Shown piece by piece: positions 12,560 through 25,195 of a stretch of DNA of 64,000 nucleotides. Position numbers and translations under genes: made by a program. The stretch spans positions 51,026,001-51,090,000 of the forward strand of contig CM097888.1 in assembly GCA_044892525.1 (NCBI GenBank). Reading direction: 5' to 3'. The notes under the pieces were generated by a model. It was not told where the DNA came from, made no database searches, and saw only the letters and a program-made list of their open reading frames with translations. The DNA is from Schmidtea polychroa (lineage: Eukaryota). Position 1 is the stretch's first letter; each line of letters starts with the position of its first letter.

Positions 12560-15500
12560 GTGTGTTCTCTGAAGATATGATAGCTGCTAATCACTGCAGC
12601 TGTGCATGCTTTCCTTGCCAAGCTTTTTATTTCCGCTTTTGTTAGTCCAATTTTGCTCAGTACCTGATCATTATTGTGGTCCCATGATCCAAGAGTACTT
12701 ATTATTAATGTCGATAAAACTTTATGGACTTTTCGATTTCGATTGCAATATCTGCATATTTGGTGTAATTATCATTGTTTACCTTTTCAAAGTTTTCCCT
12801 TTGCTCATATGGTACTTTGATATCTAGAATGTGGGTAAGTTTGTTTCTAGATGACCTGCTGAGTAAGTCAGGTTTAAAGGTTGTGTTAATTCCCTGAGGT
12901 GACTATTCAATGTGAGGGATTCAGCAACAGATCCCAGTACCCAGTATTTTTGCAGGACAATGGTTAAAGATATGAGCCTGTGTTTCTGGGTGGGAATGAC
13001 ATTGTCTACATAGAATATCTTTTTTTCATTTTTAGTCTATGTGGGGTGAAGTTTAGATTAAGAAGGTTATTACGTGCAATTAGTAAAAAGATATATTGGG
13101 CGTCTGTGAGAATATCCATTTTAGTAAGGTAGTCCGCTGTGCTACTATTACATATAGATTTAGCGATATGGCCCTGGCAAGTTAGTGCCATCCATTTGTC
13201 AGCATTTATAAGGCCTATTATTGAGTGAAGTTTGGAAGAAGTATTTTTGAGATTGGAATCCATAAAGTAATTTATACGTTCTTTATATTTTATTTCGAGT
13301 TGGTATTTTTCGCCAAGAAGGGCAATTTTCACATGAATTCCGTATTTACGACGTAGAAGATCAACAGATTTTCTGAATTTTGAAAAGAAGGATTTAGTAG
13401 GAAAATGTTTATAAGTAATACTATTGAGCCATAGTAATGCAGCTTCGAGGTTCCCATGACCTCTTGCTATAGTTGGTTCCGTGAGAACAAGGTTGCTGAA
13501 GCTAGTATCAGAAGAATTTAATGCGCGAGCAAGATGTATAACACTTTGGATAAGATATTCATCTATGGGTGCTGTAAGTCCCATTCCACCCATTTTTACG
13601 GAAGCATATAAGAAGTTATTATTAATTTGTAGTAGTCGATCTCCTAAAGATGTTTTGATTAATGTTCTGATTTTTTTGTCAAAAACCTTTTGTGGTATCC
13701 TGAATTTAATGATGTTATCCTTATGAGAGTCAAGAACGTTATGAAGTATTTCGCAGTTGCGAAATGGAAAAAGAAGACGCGAGTGTACAAAACTTTTGAT
13801 GGCGTTTATTTTTTGGGATGGATGAAGATGTGATTCGAATATCTTCTTAGTATCACTAAAAGGACATTCGAGTTTTTCATCTATATTATGTCTCCCTTTG
13901 TGAGTAAAGTCGACGCCCAGATATCTATACAGGTTGGAGTCATACATTTTTGGGATAAATTCGTTATACAGTTTTATTGGTGCGTAATTAAGTTTATGGT
14001 CAATGCTATAATAGCCAGATTTCGAAGGTTTAAAACGGAGGTTAGCAATTGAACCGAGACGTACAGTTTCGAGAAGAGCAGAGTTAATAGATGGGTAAGA
14101 GTCAACACACCTCCAGAATCAACACAATGTCATAGGCATATGCAAGGATGCCAACATTCATACCATTGAAGACGAACGGGTGGCTTATTAAGATATTTTT
14201 TAGTAAATAGTCAATCTAGAGACAGAAAAGAGTCATAGATAGGAGATAGCGCTGTTTTACTCCCTTTAGGATGGGAACGGAGGTAGACCTTTCTCCTTCA
14301 CAGTCAAAAATCGTGCTGACATTATTATACATGTTCTTTAATAGTTTTATAGAGTTAAATTGGAGGCCCATAATGGAGAGGGTATACCAGATTAGGTCGT
14401 GTGGCAGTGAGCCGAATGCATCAGAGATATCGAGCCATATAGTATGGAGGTCAGATTTGTTTCGGAATGATGAGTCCTTAATGAGTTGGAGGATCAAGTT
14501 ATGCTCTGCACAGCCATCAGAGACGCCAATCGTTTTTGGTTGTTAGGTATTAGATTGCCCTCTTTGATCTATCCAAGGAGTCTATTATTGACTAGTGATA
14601 AAAAAATACGATAGGCGGTATTCATAATAGATATTGGTCTCCAAGAGCTTGCTTCATGGCTACTTCACCTTTTCCTGATTTTAGGATATGTTTTGTTCTG
14701 AAGGTCTTCCAACTAGATGGGCAAGTACAGTTTCGAAGAATATTGTTGCAGATAGACAGGAGTAATTCAAAATCTGGGGATATTTTCTTCCAGTTTACAA
14801 GCGTTATAAGGTCAAAACCAGGGGCTTTATTATTTAGTTGTGTGAAGATATATTTTATCTCATCAATGTCGAAAGGATTAGAAGAGTCATTTTCATTGAA
14901 AAAGGGTATATATTTAATTAATTCGGGGTTACTAGTTACTATTTGCTTTGCAAAAATTTTAATAAAATTATTCATTGTAGGTTTTTGCAAATTCTTTTCA
15001 TTATTTAGAATTTTAGAGATCTACTCCTTGGGATTAAACTTATATCTAATTCATTTTATAATTAGTAATTAGTTAGTATTTTTTTCATTTTATTTGTTAT
15101 ATCTGATGGTTTATTTAGAAGATATTTATTTGGATTAATATTTTGATTATTTTTTTCTATCTCAGCAAGGACTGTGTCAGTCTGTTGCATCAATATTTAG
15201 GTCTGTTATAAGACTACTTATAAATAGTCGATATTTTCGCACATCATCAGTAGGCATTTTTGTATTTAATATTTTTTTAATTATTATTTTACTCTTATCC
15301 TTCATGTTTTGGATATTAGGGATTGTGAGTTTTTTATTTATTATTAGGCATTCGATCATATGACACACAAAGAAGGCTGATTCATCCGTAGTATTATATC
15401 GAGGGTATTCAAGTTGTTGGAGTGTAAAGTCAATAGGCATTACAATTTTTTGTAAGTCAAGGATAGTAGTAAGGATATTATTACCAAGTTTATGATAGTA

Positions 15501-17000
15501 GGAGTAGGAGTTTTCTATTAGAGGGTCAATAATGAGAGCTAGTTTATGACGCTTATTAAGAAAGAAAAAGAACCAATGGTCTTTATCATTATATTTTGGC
15601 ATGACAATCTCATTCCAATATGCGAATTCTATAAAGGGGAAAGATGCAAAGAAGGTTTTGAAGTTATGTTGAATAAGGGAATTTCCTATATACGGGTCTA
15701 TAAAGATAGTTGATTCCTTAATTGCGAAAGTCAAATGAAAGCCTTGATTGTGTGTTGCGACCATCATGTCGATTCTTTTTCCACATTACTTGAAAAAAGA
15801 ATATTATTCAGTATTTCCCTACCCACTACCTCATTACTGTTAGGTGAAAAAATAATTTCGTTCGTTAATAGAATATTTTTAATGTTATTATGTCTTTCCC
15901 TACCCAGTAGCTCAGTACTGTTGGGTGAAATAATATTTTCTTGCGTTAATAGAATATTTTTAAAGAAATTCCAATTCATGTTATTATTTACCTCATCTAC
16001 ACTATTATTATAATTAATAAGGTAAAGGTTATTTTTACTACTTACTATTGTACTGCCAAAAATGGTGGCACATGTACTACCACAACTGGTGGTATGCCAG
16101 GACCATGCACTAAAAAAATTATTAAAAAATTATATATAAAAATAATAAATTACTTTGTTTCACGTGGCGCTTCAGAATAGTGGTCAGTACACGCCTGGGA
16201 CAGAGATGGTGTCTGTGGTCAAGGCCTTTTTTCCATATCTGCAATGCTTGTTTGGTGTTCTCGATGACTTTCTCAGATAACTGGTCAACATAATATCCTT
16301 GAGATCATTTTGCTTTTAAATACAACCGTTTGCAATTCTGATCCAACGAATCAAATAGATTTTCATTGTATATCTCTACGAATGAACACTTTACTAAATA
16401 TTCGACGCCTGGTTGAAAAATTTAAAATAATTCATATTTAGTAATTTTAGAAATACCTTGCAGCTGGCCCATTATTTGTGCCAGCACACCTCCAGGTGCC
16501 GGCACATCTGCTGCGACATCTACTGGCACATCTGCTACCACATCTGCTGGCACATGCACTACCACAACTGGTGGTATGCCAGCACCATGCACTGAAAAAA
16601 TTATTAAAAAAATTATATATAAAATTAATAAATTACATTTATTCATGTGGCGCTTCAGCCCAGTGGCCAGTACGCGCCTAGGATAGAGATGGCACTTTAC
16701 TTTTGTATTTTTCAGAAAAGTTTCAATTACTGGCCCATGGTTCATGTTGCAATTTGTATCTCGAAAATGGTTCCAACATGTTATGCAACCATGGGCCCTT
16801 GCATTGTTAAATAATTCCATCCAATTACAGCTGAAATTCATGTGAAAAAATTAATTTTGACTAAGTCCTTTAATATTGTGAATCTTCGTCCACAGCCATT
16901 CGCGTTGAGGAATGGTGATTGTTGATTGTCGATCCTATTCGATGGGATACTGGGTATTCCTGTGTTCTATTTGGGATTCGCGATATCGTCCTCCATGGGA
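12560..17000 (-). mobile_element. Degenerate RLE-type non-LTR retrotransposon (NeSL-like): C2H2 fingers, Ulp1-like protease, RT, CCHC knuckle, restriction-like endonuclease; boundaries approximate
   Basis: Ulp1-like IVMPKYNDKDHW...IIDPL (15177-15767). RT motifs WLDISDAFGSLPH and KGVKQ (14216-14497) and YRYLG (13947 region). Knuckle CRQCHSHPETQAHIFNHC (~12950-13005). RLE motifs KPDL and ILDIKVPYE (~12800-12880). NeSL-1 of C. elegans is known to carry Ulp1 upstream of RT. Confidence 0.85.
16215..16408 (-). pseudogene. Kinesin motor-domain fragment (kinesin-12/KIF15-like) embedded in the retroelement 5' region
   Basis: VEYLVKCSFVEIYNENLFDSLD...LYLKAK*SQGYYVDQLSEKVIENTKQALQIWKKGLDHR contains the SFxEIYNE kinesin signature; one TGA at 16305-16307. 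Confidence 0.85.
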
Positions 17001-17829
17001 TGGTTCGGCTTTGTCTTCAAATATCCTGGATGCAAAATCGTGAAATACACAAATATAAAGTATTATTGTCAGTATTAATGTTAATATTTTGAATAGTGAA
17101 ATAAAAATAAAATAATAAAATCAATTTTTCATTTGACATAATATAAAACATAATCTTCAGTTTAAATCATTTCGTAAAATTAAATTATGATTTGAAATAA
17201 TATCCAAAATTTATTATTATTAATATTATTACTATTATTATAATCTTCTTTTCATAAATAAATCTTCATTTGACAAATAACAGTATATTATTCTTTTCAG
17301 ACAAAATTCATAAATTTTCATAATTATTATTATTTAAAAAACTTACACAAAAAATAAACTTACATTTTCGCCCTTTCGAAAGAAGAAATTCTCCAGCAGC
17401 AGCAGAACCAGCAGAAGTACTATTTATTACGTTTTGATCTAGAAGAATAATACTAATTACCATTGATTCTATTCAAATCTACAACTTGTCAGCCGATATT
17501 CAAGTTAATCCTTTGATTAAAACCTAATAATCATATTAAAAATAATAAATTTACCATTAATTTCGGTTCCTCCAACGATTTTTCCGGTATTTCTTTGTAT
17601 GTTGCTCATGCTGTTGCTAATATTTATAAAAGTGATGAAAAAATGAAAGTGTAGACTATATAAGAGAGATATTGCAAGTTTTATTTACCGACCAATCAAA
17701 ACAGAGATAGGATAGTAAAACATCCGCACACATACCGCATGTTTATTTATACAAAGCAGTTATTATATGACTAAATAAAGACCTATAAGTTCATGTTTTT
17801 GTTAACATGCACCTTAAAAATAATTACCT

Positions 17830-18030
17830 TGTAGCTCCGCTAATATTTGTGCTAGTAAAGGGTCAACTGGCGGAGCTAGTGGCACACCTGGTACACCTGA
17901 GCAGGATTCAGTGTCGGCTCCCTCTTGGTCACGATCATAGGCCGTTCGTCCGCTACTCTATCGCATGATAAATTGGCCTCCAGCCGAAAGCCATTGTTCC
18001 ACGAGGGAATCTTCGTCCACAGCCAGTTTT
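17830..18030 (-). repeat. Third, diverged zinc-finger/PV-rich module
   Basis: GCGRRF (shares TGGCTGTGGACGAAGATTC with ~16880) and PVDPLLAQILAELQ|gt, which parallels GGVLAQIMGQLQ|gt. Confidence 0.55.
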
Positions 18031-18769
18031 AATTTACCATTAAGTTTTAATTAAATTCCTTTAAACTTAAAATTATCACACAAAATTGATATGAGCAACT
18101 GGTGGCACATGTACTACCAATATATATATTATCTTCTTTATTTAAACCTGATTTTGAAATTTTCTTGTTAACTAACCATTCGTCTAAAATTGTTTCTAAG
18201 CCTCTTTCTATTGAAACTGTTATCATATTATATTCCATGAAAATATAATAATATTTCATCATTTATTCTTATATTATTATGCCACTTTGTTATTGCTATT
18301 CTTTTTATTTTTTCGCTTTTAATTAAGCCTGAATTACCTTTTCATCAATATTCTGTTTCAAAACTCTGAATATTAGCAAAGGACTTAATATTACCAGTTT
18401 CATTAGGTCTTCAATAGGGTTATCTATTTCTAGCTCAAACAAAAAGAAAGGTTCTATAATATTGAAATATTATATCTGTTTGACAGTAAATCTTACTGTT
18501 TTGGGTTTTATTGTTTTAATAAACTACACATGAAGTCAGAAATAATTGCTTCCTACCAAAAATATAAAAAAAATTTTGTGAAAAATAAAATAAATGAAAT
18601 ATTTTAAAAACAAATTAAAGGTGACCAAAAAGATAATAAATTTGTATATTAGTTTCTGTTTTGGAAAATTTAAATAAGAAATAAAAAGATTCACAATTAC
18701 TAATTATACTTTAACAAAACAAGAAGTACATCAATTAATACATAAAGTAACTCCAGGTGAGCCTACAGG

Positions 18770-19135
18770 GAGATTTTCCTGTTTATATTTTTCAGCTTCA
18801 TTAAGATAGTATTCACGCCCGACTTCGTAAAACTCTAAACCTTCGCATGTATTCCGAAATTTTTGTAGATGAAATACTTCATATTCGAAACAACCGCTCT
18901 GAGTGTACTGTTAAGTGCTAGTTAGAATATTATGGTAACTCGAAATTAATTACCAAAACTATCGTTCCTATAAGAAATCCCAATCCAGCAAAAAAAGCCA
19001 TGTAGCCTTTTCGTGCCTCTGATTTGTAGCGGTCACAGAATGGAGCACTGGGAGATCCACAATCAGCCACAGTTGATGAATATTCTGTCATTGGCTCCAC
19101 TGCACTCCAGCCATGTGATTCTTTATAGAAGTATT
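18770..19135 (-). CDS. Probable exons of an unidentified host membrane-protein gene
   Basis: ESHGWSAVEPM...GYMAFFAGLGFLIGTIVL joins through a 46-nt GT-AG intron to YTQSGCFEYEVF...EAEKYKQENLP with the frame kept open; one hydrophobic segment. No family recognised. Confidence 0.4.
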
Positions 19136-20856
19136 TGATTAATAAATAGATTACAACTTGAAATACAGCTAGTGAAATTGATTTTTTTTTTAAATTTATA
19201 GTGGGAATATGACTACATGACATTCCATTGAATAAACTATTTCTATTGGATGATTATCTTCATTTAAATTTCGATTATAGACTAATTAGTAAAAAATATA
19301 ACTATATCAATACTTAAACCTTTTTAACACTGTTTTAAAATTACAAAGCAATATAATGCTATTTTCTGTTTTCATAAAAATATGTGCGCTAAAAACGGCG
19401 TTTAAATGAATTCGATGAAAGTTGGAAGAAAGCTAAAATAGCTAAAACAGATGAGAGACAATGACAAATGATTTGTATTGTCCATTGTGCATACATAGGC
19501 TAATTTAGGCAGTAATGAGAATGGGCAAAATTAAATTGTGGGCATCATTTTCAAGTATTACATAACCCAATCAGTTCATTTTAAAGTTTAACTAGCACAT
19601 AATCTTTTCATCAGTGTGGTGAAGTACATAGCCGGTGTTTTAAAAGAGATTAAAAAGAGATACATATATTTTTTTTACAAATTTGAGGTATTTTGATAGA
19701 ATCTTTATTCTATATTACAAATACGTAACAATGTCTTGAGAGGTGATGATTCAACCACAGGAAAGGACTTGAATTTAAAGTACTTTTACCTCATGAAGGT
19801 TGAACAGGGCAGTCATTACATTTACATTAAATTTGAATTCAAACATAGGTCAACTTTAGCATTGTGGAGTATGGAAAGTTTTTGTCTTAGGTATAGATTT
19901 TGGCAATTCAACTTGTTAATAGTAACCAAGTTAAATGTTTTCTGTAAAGGTTTGAAAAATTGATGCCACAAAAGTCTTAATTATGGAATTTTCACGCGAA
20001 AATGGTAAAAAAAGGTTTTGATAAAATGAAAACTTTTTATATTGAAGAATTGATGATTATGCTAGAATGATTTGTTAGAGTAGGTAACATATGACTATAC
20101 CAATCAACTTAAATAACTCCGTTTTATTGCCGAACACCTAAATTTGGAGTAATGAAAAATTATTTATGGAATGTACCCTAAATTTTAAACAAAATCTCAA
20201 GATTTGTTTAGCTGATTATCAAAATCAAAAGTACAACCGAAGATAACAGATTTTCTAATAAAATATCTTTGGNNNNNNNNNNNNNNNNNNNNNNNNNNNN
20301 NNNNNNNNNNNNNNNNNNNNNNNNNNNNNNNNNNNNNNNNNNNNNNNNNNNNNNNNNNNNNNNNNNNNNNNNNNNNNNNNNNNNNNNNNNNNNNNNNNNN
20401 NNNNNNNNNNNNNNNNNNNNNNNNNNNNNNNNNNNNNNNNNNNNNNNNNNNNNNNNNNNNNNNNNNNNNNNNNNNAAAAGAAGTGCCGAAAATCATCAAA
20501 ATCAAAAACATCGATATTTTTACTGATTCATAGCCAAGCTTTTTAAATGTTACCAACCAGATCTACAATTGTTTTAATGATTTTTGTATATATGATTTTT
20601 TTTAACTAAATTGGGTCTTTATTTAATAAAAATCTGATAGAAGTCGGAAACTTTTTATACCATATTACAATTTATGGATAGCATGAAAGGTATTTCCCAT
20701 TTTTACTAAAGGATACTTATTTATTTTTAAACGTTTTTTTCAGAAACGTATTTATTGTGGAGGTGACAGTATGTTATGTTATGTATGAACCATATTTTAA
20801 TGCATTAGTCTATATATAACAAGGTTCATTAAAAACAGGTATGCAATTTTGTCCGT

Positions 20857-21200
20857 AAATCAAGTGCTAAATACAAATAGAAAATAATCGGAAATTAAGT
20901 TTTATTCTATATTTATTATGAAATTGTAATGATTGTATTTTGGCGTATTTTTTTAAAACCATTTTGGCAAGTGATTTATTTACATTTATTAGGTGAATTT
21001 TAATTCTAAAGAAAGTTTGTTTATTTTTGTTTAAAACTATAACAAATCAAGTGCTAAATACAAATAGAAAATAAACGGAAATTAAGCTTTTATCTATATT
21101 TATTATGAAATTGTGATGATTGTGCGTTTTGGCGTATTTTTATTAAACCATTTTGGCAAGTGATTTATTTACATTTATTATGTGAATTTTAATTCTATTA
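20857..21200. repeat. Imperfect tandem duplication of a ~185-bp unit next to an assembly gap
   Basis: AAATCAAGTGCTAAATACAAATAGAAAATAA...GTGAATTTTAATTCTA occurs at ~20857 and ~21045. Confidence 0.8.
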
Positions 21201-23689
21201 GAAATCATTTCATTCTGATATTTTGATATCNNNNNNNNNNNNNNNNNNNNNNNNNNNNNNNNNNNNNNNNNNNNNNNNNNNNNNNNNNNNNNNNNNNNNN
21301 NNNNNNNNNNNNNNNNNNNNNNNNNNNNNNNNNNNNNNNNNNNNNNNNNNNNNNNNNNNNNNNNNNNNNNNNNNNNATTTTTTTATTGTTCCAATCGATT
21401 GTTTGGTTATTTCAAGTAAACCTCAAAATTCTTCGTAATTTTCAACATTTTCGAAGGCATTAATTAGTCAAATTTTATCATGTTCTATTGAAAAAACTAA
21501 TATTAAATTTATTAAAATTTGAAGATAAATCTTCCGAAATAATGTCTATATTATCTATACAACTCAGAGTTGAGTTTTCGGAATTTCGTCAAATTTTTTA
21601 GGTTATTATTTTCTAAAAATCTCTAAAAATGTCTAAATGATTTATTATAGTGCGTTTATTCATTACAACGATTCTACATATGGAAATTTTGCATGCATTT
21701 TTTACTATATATGTTGTGTTTACAGATAAAAAAATATGGAGGAATTTGCAAACAGAAATAAAGTAGCAGAAGACAAATTATCTCAAAAGAACATGAAAAT
21801 AATTTGAAGGATTTCGTAGAATCCGATTTTTAGGCATCTTTGGAAGAAATGAGAATTGTGTTTGGCGATTAATTTATTTATTTATAATTAAAAATATATC
21901 TGACTTACATTATATCGAAATAATTCCAAATAACTGCATAAAAATTCATAAAAATACTAAAAACCCTGAAATTTAATTATAAATAATTTATAATAAAGAA
22001 TAATATTTAAGGGCTTGAATAATGATCTCATATCTATATGGATCAAAATTCATGTCTTAAAATTTACTTTAAATAAAAAATTACTTGAAAACTATTTATA
22101 AAATGACTAAAATTAAAAATCTTAAATTAACTATTTCATCAGAAATAGTGACACCAACCCATATTATGGATGCGTTTTTTCACTGCAAACGGGTGTATTC
22201 TATGTACATATAATAGTTATAATGACGTAATTCGTATCAAATAGAAATAATACATGTATTATTTTTTTGCTTTATATCTAATCGTTTAGGTCAGCGCACC
22301 ATTGCGGTCTTTAATATCAGATTATATTCTTCAAAAATATTGATAATTGTAAGTGAATATTGTGCCTTTATTTGATATCACAGTGCTGCCTGGAATTACA
22401 ACGCCGCATTTTTAGGAACGTATCAACCGCGTTGTTGTAGGTTTACCTCTACATTAGTATAACAAGTTACCAGCAGACGTTCAATGGTAATTATATGTGT
22501 TGATTGCGTGACTCTATGTTGAAATGCTTACTTCTAAACACTTACAAAAAATCCTGACTAGGCAAAAGAACTTAATTCATTTTACACGTGTTAAATGTTC
22601 TAACAAGATTTCAAAATTATCAAAGTTTTTGTTAACTGAGAACATGATGGTAACGTAAACCACAATAACGATAACGAAGCTAAGGGAAAAATTTATAAAT
22701 TAACATCTAGTTTGATTCACTGGGACTCGAAATTTTTAATAATGTTGAACAATATTTTATTATCCATAATCCGGATGAAGAATGTGCTATAATATCCCAA
22801 TGAGAGCTGTCAGTTTGTATGGTTGCCCATCAAGAAATGGTTCAGAATATAGCAAAACCAACTGTGAAGCTATTTCCTAACAAAAGGAAAGTCGACATCA
22901 CAGGAAATTCCTGTAACTCTTAAACCCTTTAAATGACGAACGAGTCTTCATTAGTTTGAATTCTCTTCCGGAATTTGTTAATTTTATAATAAATTTAAAA
23001 AAAGTCTTTCTTGATTAGTATTTATCAACAGCCCCCCCCCTCATTTAATCTCTAATAAAATAGTTATAAATCTACAATAAGCTTGTCAAGACATCAACCA
23101 AATCAAACAGATAATTACATATTTGTAATAATTTATTAAATAATAAAAATAAATAATTATTACTTCTAACAAATTGGTTTCGAAGAAAATGTCTCACTAA
23201 TTGGAATCTCGAAAACATATTAAATTTAATTAAGACAAAAATTAATTTAATTAAAACAAACACATTTTGTTGTTTTTTAATTAATTTATTTCTTAATTAT
23301 TGTTTAATTCGTATCATAAAAGTGACTNNNNNNNNNNNNNNNNNNNNNNNNNNNNNNNNNNNNNNNNNNNNNNNNNNNNNNNNNNNNNNNNNNNNNNNNN
23401 NNNNNNNNNNNNNNNNNNNNNNNNNNNNNNNNNNNNNNNNNNNNNNNNNNNNNNNNNNNNNNNNNNNNNNNNNNNNNNNNNNNNNNNNNNNNNNNNNNNN
23501 NNNGATACAAATAACAACAAAATATGACTTACATAGTAGAAATAATAAAGGTTTGAATCTAAAATGATTTTTTTAAATGCTAAATTAAAGCTCGATGCAT
23601 AAGTTCCCGAGTCCTCGTGTAAAAATTCATATTTAATTAAAACTCCATTAAAGTTGAATTATCAAAATAAAGGCAGGTTGGTAAGACAC

Positions 23690-24500
23690 AGATAAGAGAT
23701 TGCATTTTATTCATATTCAACATGGATAAAAAAGCATCAGAAGCAACAGAAGAAATTTACCAAATTTATAGAAAAGGCATTGTCATGCTCACAGCTATCA
23801 ATGACTTGTATTCGAAGTTCAACAGGAGTGATTTTTATTTAAAGGACAAGGTCAAAACAGAACGCCTTGACGAGTTTGATTGATGAAGATGTTATCCAGG
23901 AAACTCGTGACCTTGCCATGAAGCTGAATTTAACCAATCGAGTTCGGGCCATGAAAAATGTCTCTAGGCATATAGATGGGTTTCGCATCAGCTATCGCAA
24001 AGAAACAAGACAAAAGATTATAAAAGTTTAAATTAGCAAGCATGTAAGGAAATTTTTTGACACGTATAGTGACTGGTGGTAAGAAATGCGTGTTTTATGA
24101 TAACCCAGAGAGAAAGAGGTTATGGAAAGACTCACACATGTCGTCGACATCCTCCCTATAGTGCCAAATTCATCGAAAAAGGTCATTTGACGTGTGTGGT
24201 GGAACATGAAGTAATCCTGTACTTTGAGTTATTGCAGCCAAATGAAACTGTTAATGTAACAAGGTATTGTAATCAGCTGAATGATAAAATAAAATAGTTA
24301 AGACCGCAACCAAGTCATATACCACCAAACACCATACTCTTTCATGATAACGCAAAACTGCATCTTTCATTTGTCCTGAAAAATACCAAATTGTAAGTTC
24401 TTCCACGCCTAGGATATTCAGTGGACTTGTACCGATCACATTACCAGATCTCTCTAATACACACTTTCTGGTGCACACTTCACCGAATCTAGTTGAATTT
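23690..24500 (+). pseudogene. Mariner transposase remnant
   Basis: FLTRIVTGGKKCVFYDN (~24055; cf. RIVTGDEKW), LFHDNAKLH (~24340) and a degenerate YSPDL region (~24410); many stops and frameshifts. Confidence 0.75.
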
Positions 24501-25127
24501 AATAAAAACACTATAAAGGTAGAGCTGCCACCTAAAATTACTTAAAAAATAGGTGGCCAAGGTGGTTTTTAGAATCTAAAAATATTTACTAATATTTACT
24601 AATAAACTATTTACTTTATGTATGGAAAATTTATGTGATCGTGAAAAAAACGCAATAAAGTAAATTATTATTATTTTTTAAATATAAAATCATATTTCCA
24701 ATTATCAGAACAACTTTTCACAGTGGCGTAACTATTGGACGCTTCTTCTGTCAGGCACTTTTCCCAACCAAATTAAGGGAATGAGCCGTGCACGGCACAT
24801 AATGAGCAACACTGCACTTCTCACGAAGGATAGCCTGGACTCTTTTTAGGGACATATTTAGATGAAGGCTTATATTACGTCAACTATTCTTAGTTATCCA
24901 ATAGTTTGTTCTAAGATGGATGTTTTTAATTCAGCTAAAAGTCCATCGTTTTTAACACCTACTGTAATAACACAGTAATCAACATAGTAAAAGTTTTAAG
25001 CTTGATTTTTCTGTAAAAGCATAATATGCTACTCTAATTTTATTTTTAATTTTAAATTTTAGGGGGCCTAAAAATTGGGGGCCCCTAGATTTAGCCCGAT
25101 CAGCCCCCTTAATCCGCTACTGTATTT

Positions 25128-25195
25128 AACCAATCAAAGGAGTTTGTTAACAAATCAGAGTTTATTGACCAATCAGAGTTTATTAACCAATCAAA
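25128..25195 (+). promoter_or_regulatory. Cluster of CCAAT-box-like repeats
   Basis: Three (A/G)ACCAATCA motifs plus one variant within ~70 bp, about 1 kb upstream of the PLAC8-like exons. Function is inferred only. Confidence 0.3.

Noticed and set aside
18930-19130. Resemblance of the membrane ORF to NDUFB11 (SHG motif, TM, basic tail)
   Set aside because: It needs large insertions and the similarity is within chance; no gene symbol was assigned.
20197-23567. ORFs containing long X runs (also 48766-49185 and 50106-50489)
   Set aside because: They are artefacts of reading through N gaps (20273-20475, 21231-21376, 23328-23503, 48891-49049, 50127-50423).
24721-25122. Possible hAT MITE (CAGTGGCG...CGCTACTG)
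   Set aside because: No matching 8-bp TSD, and the TIR match is very short.
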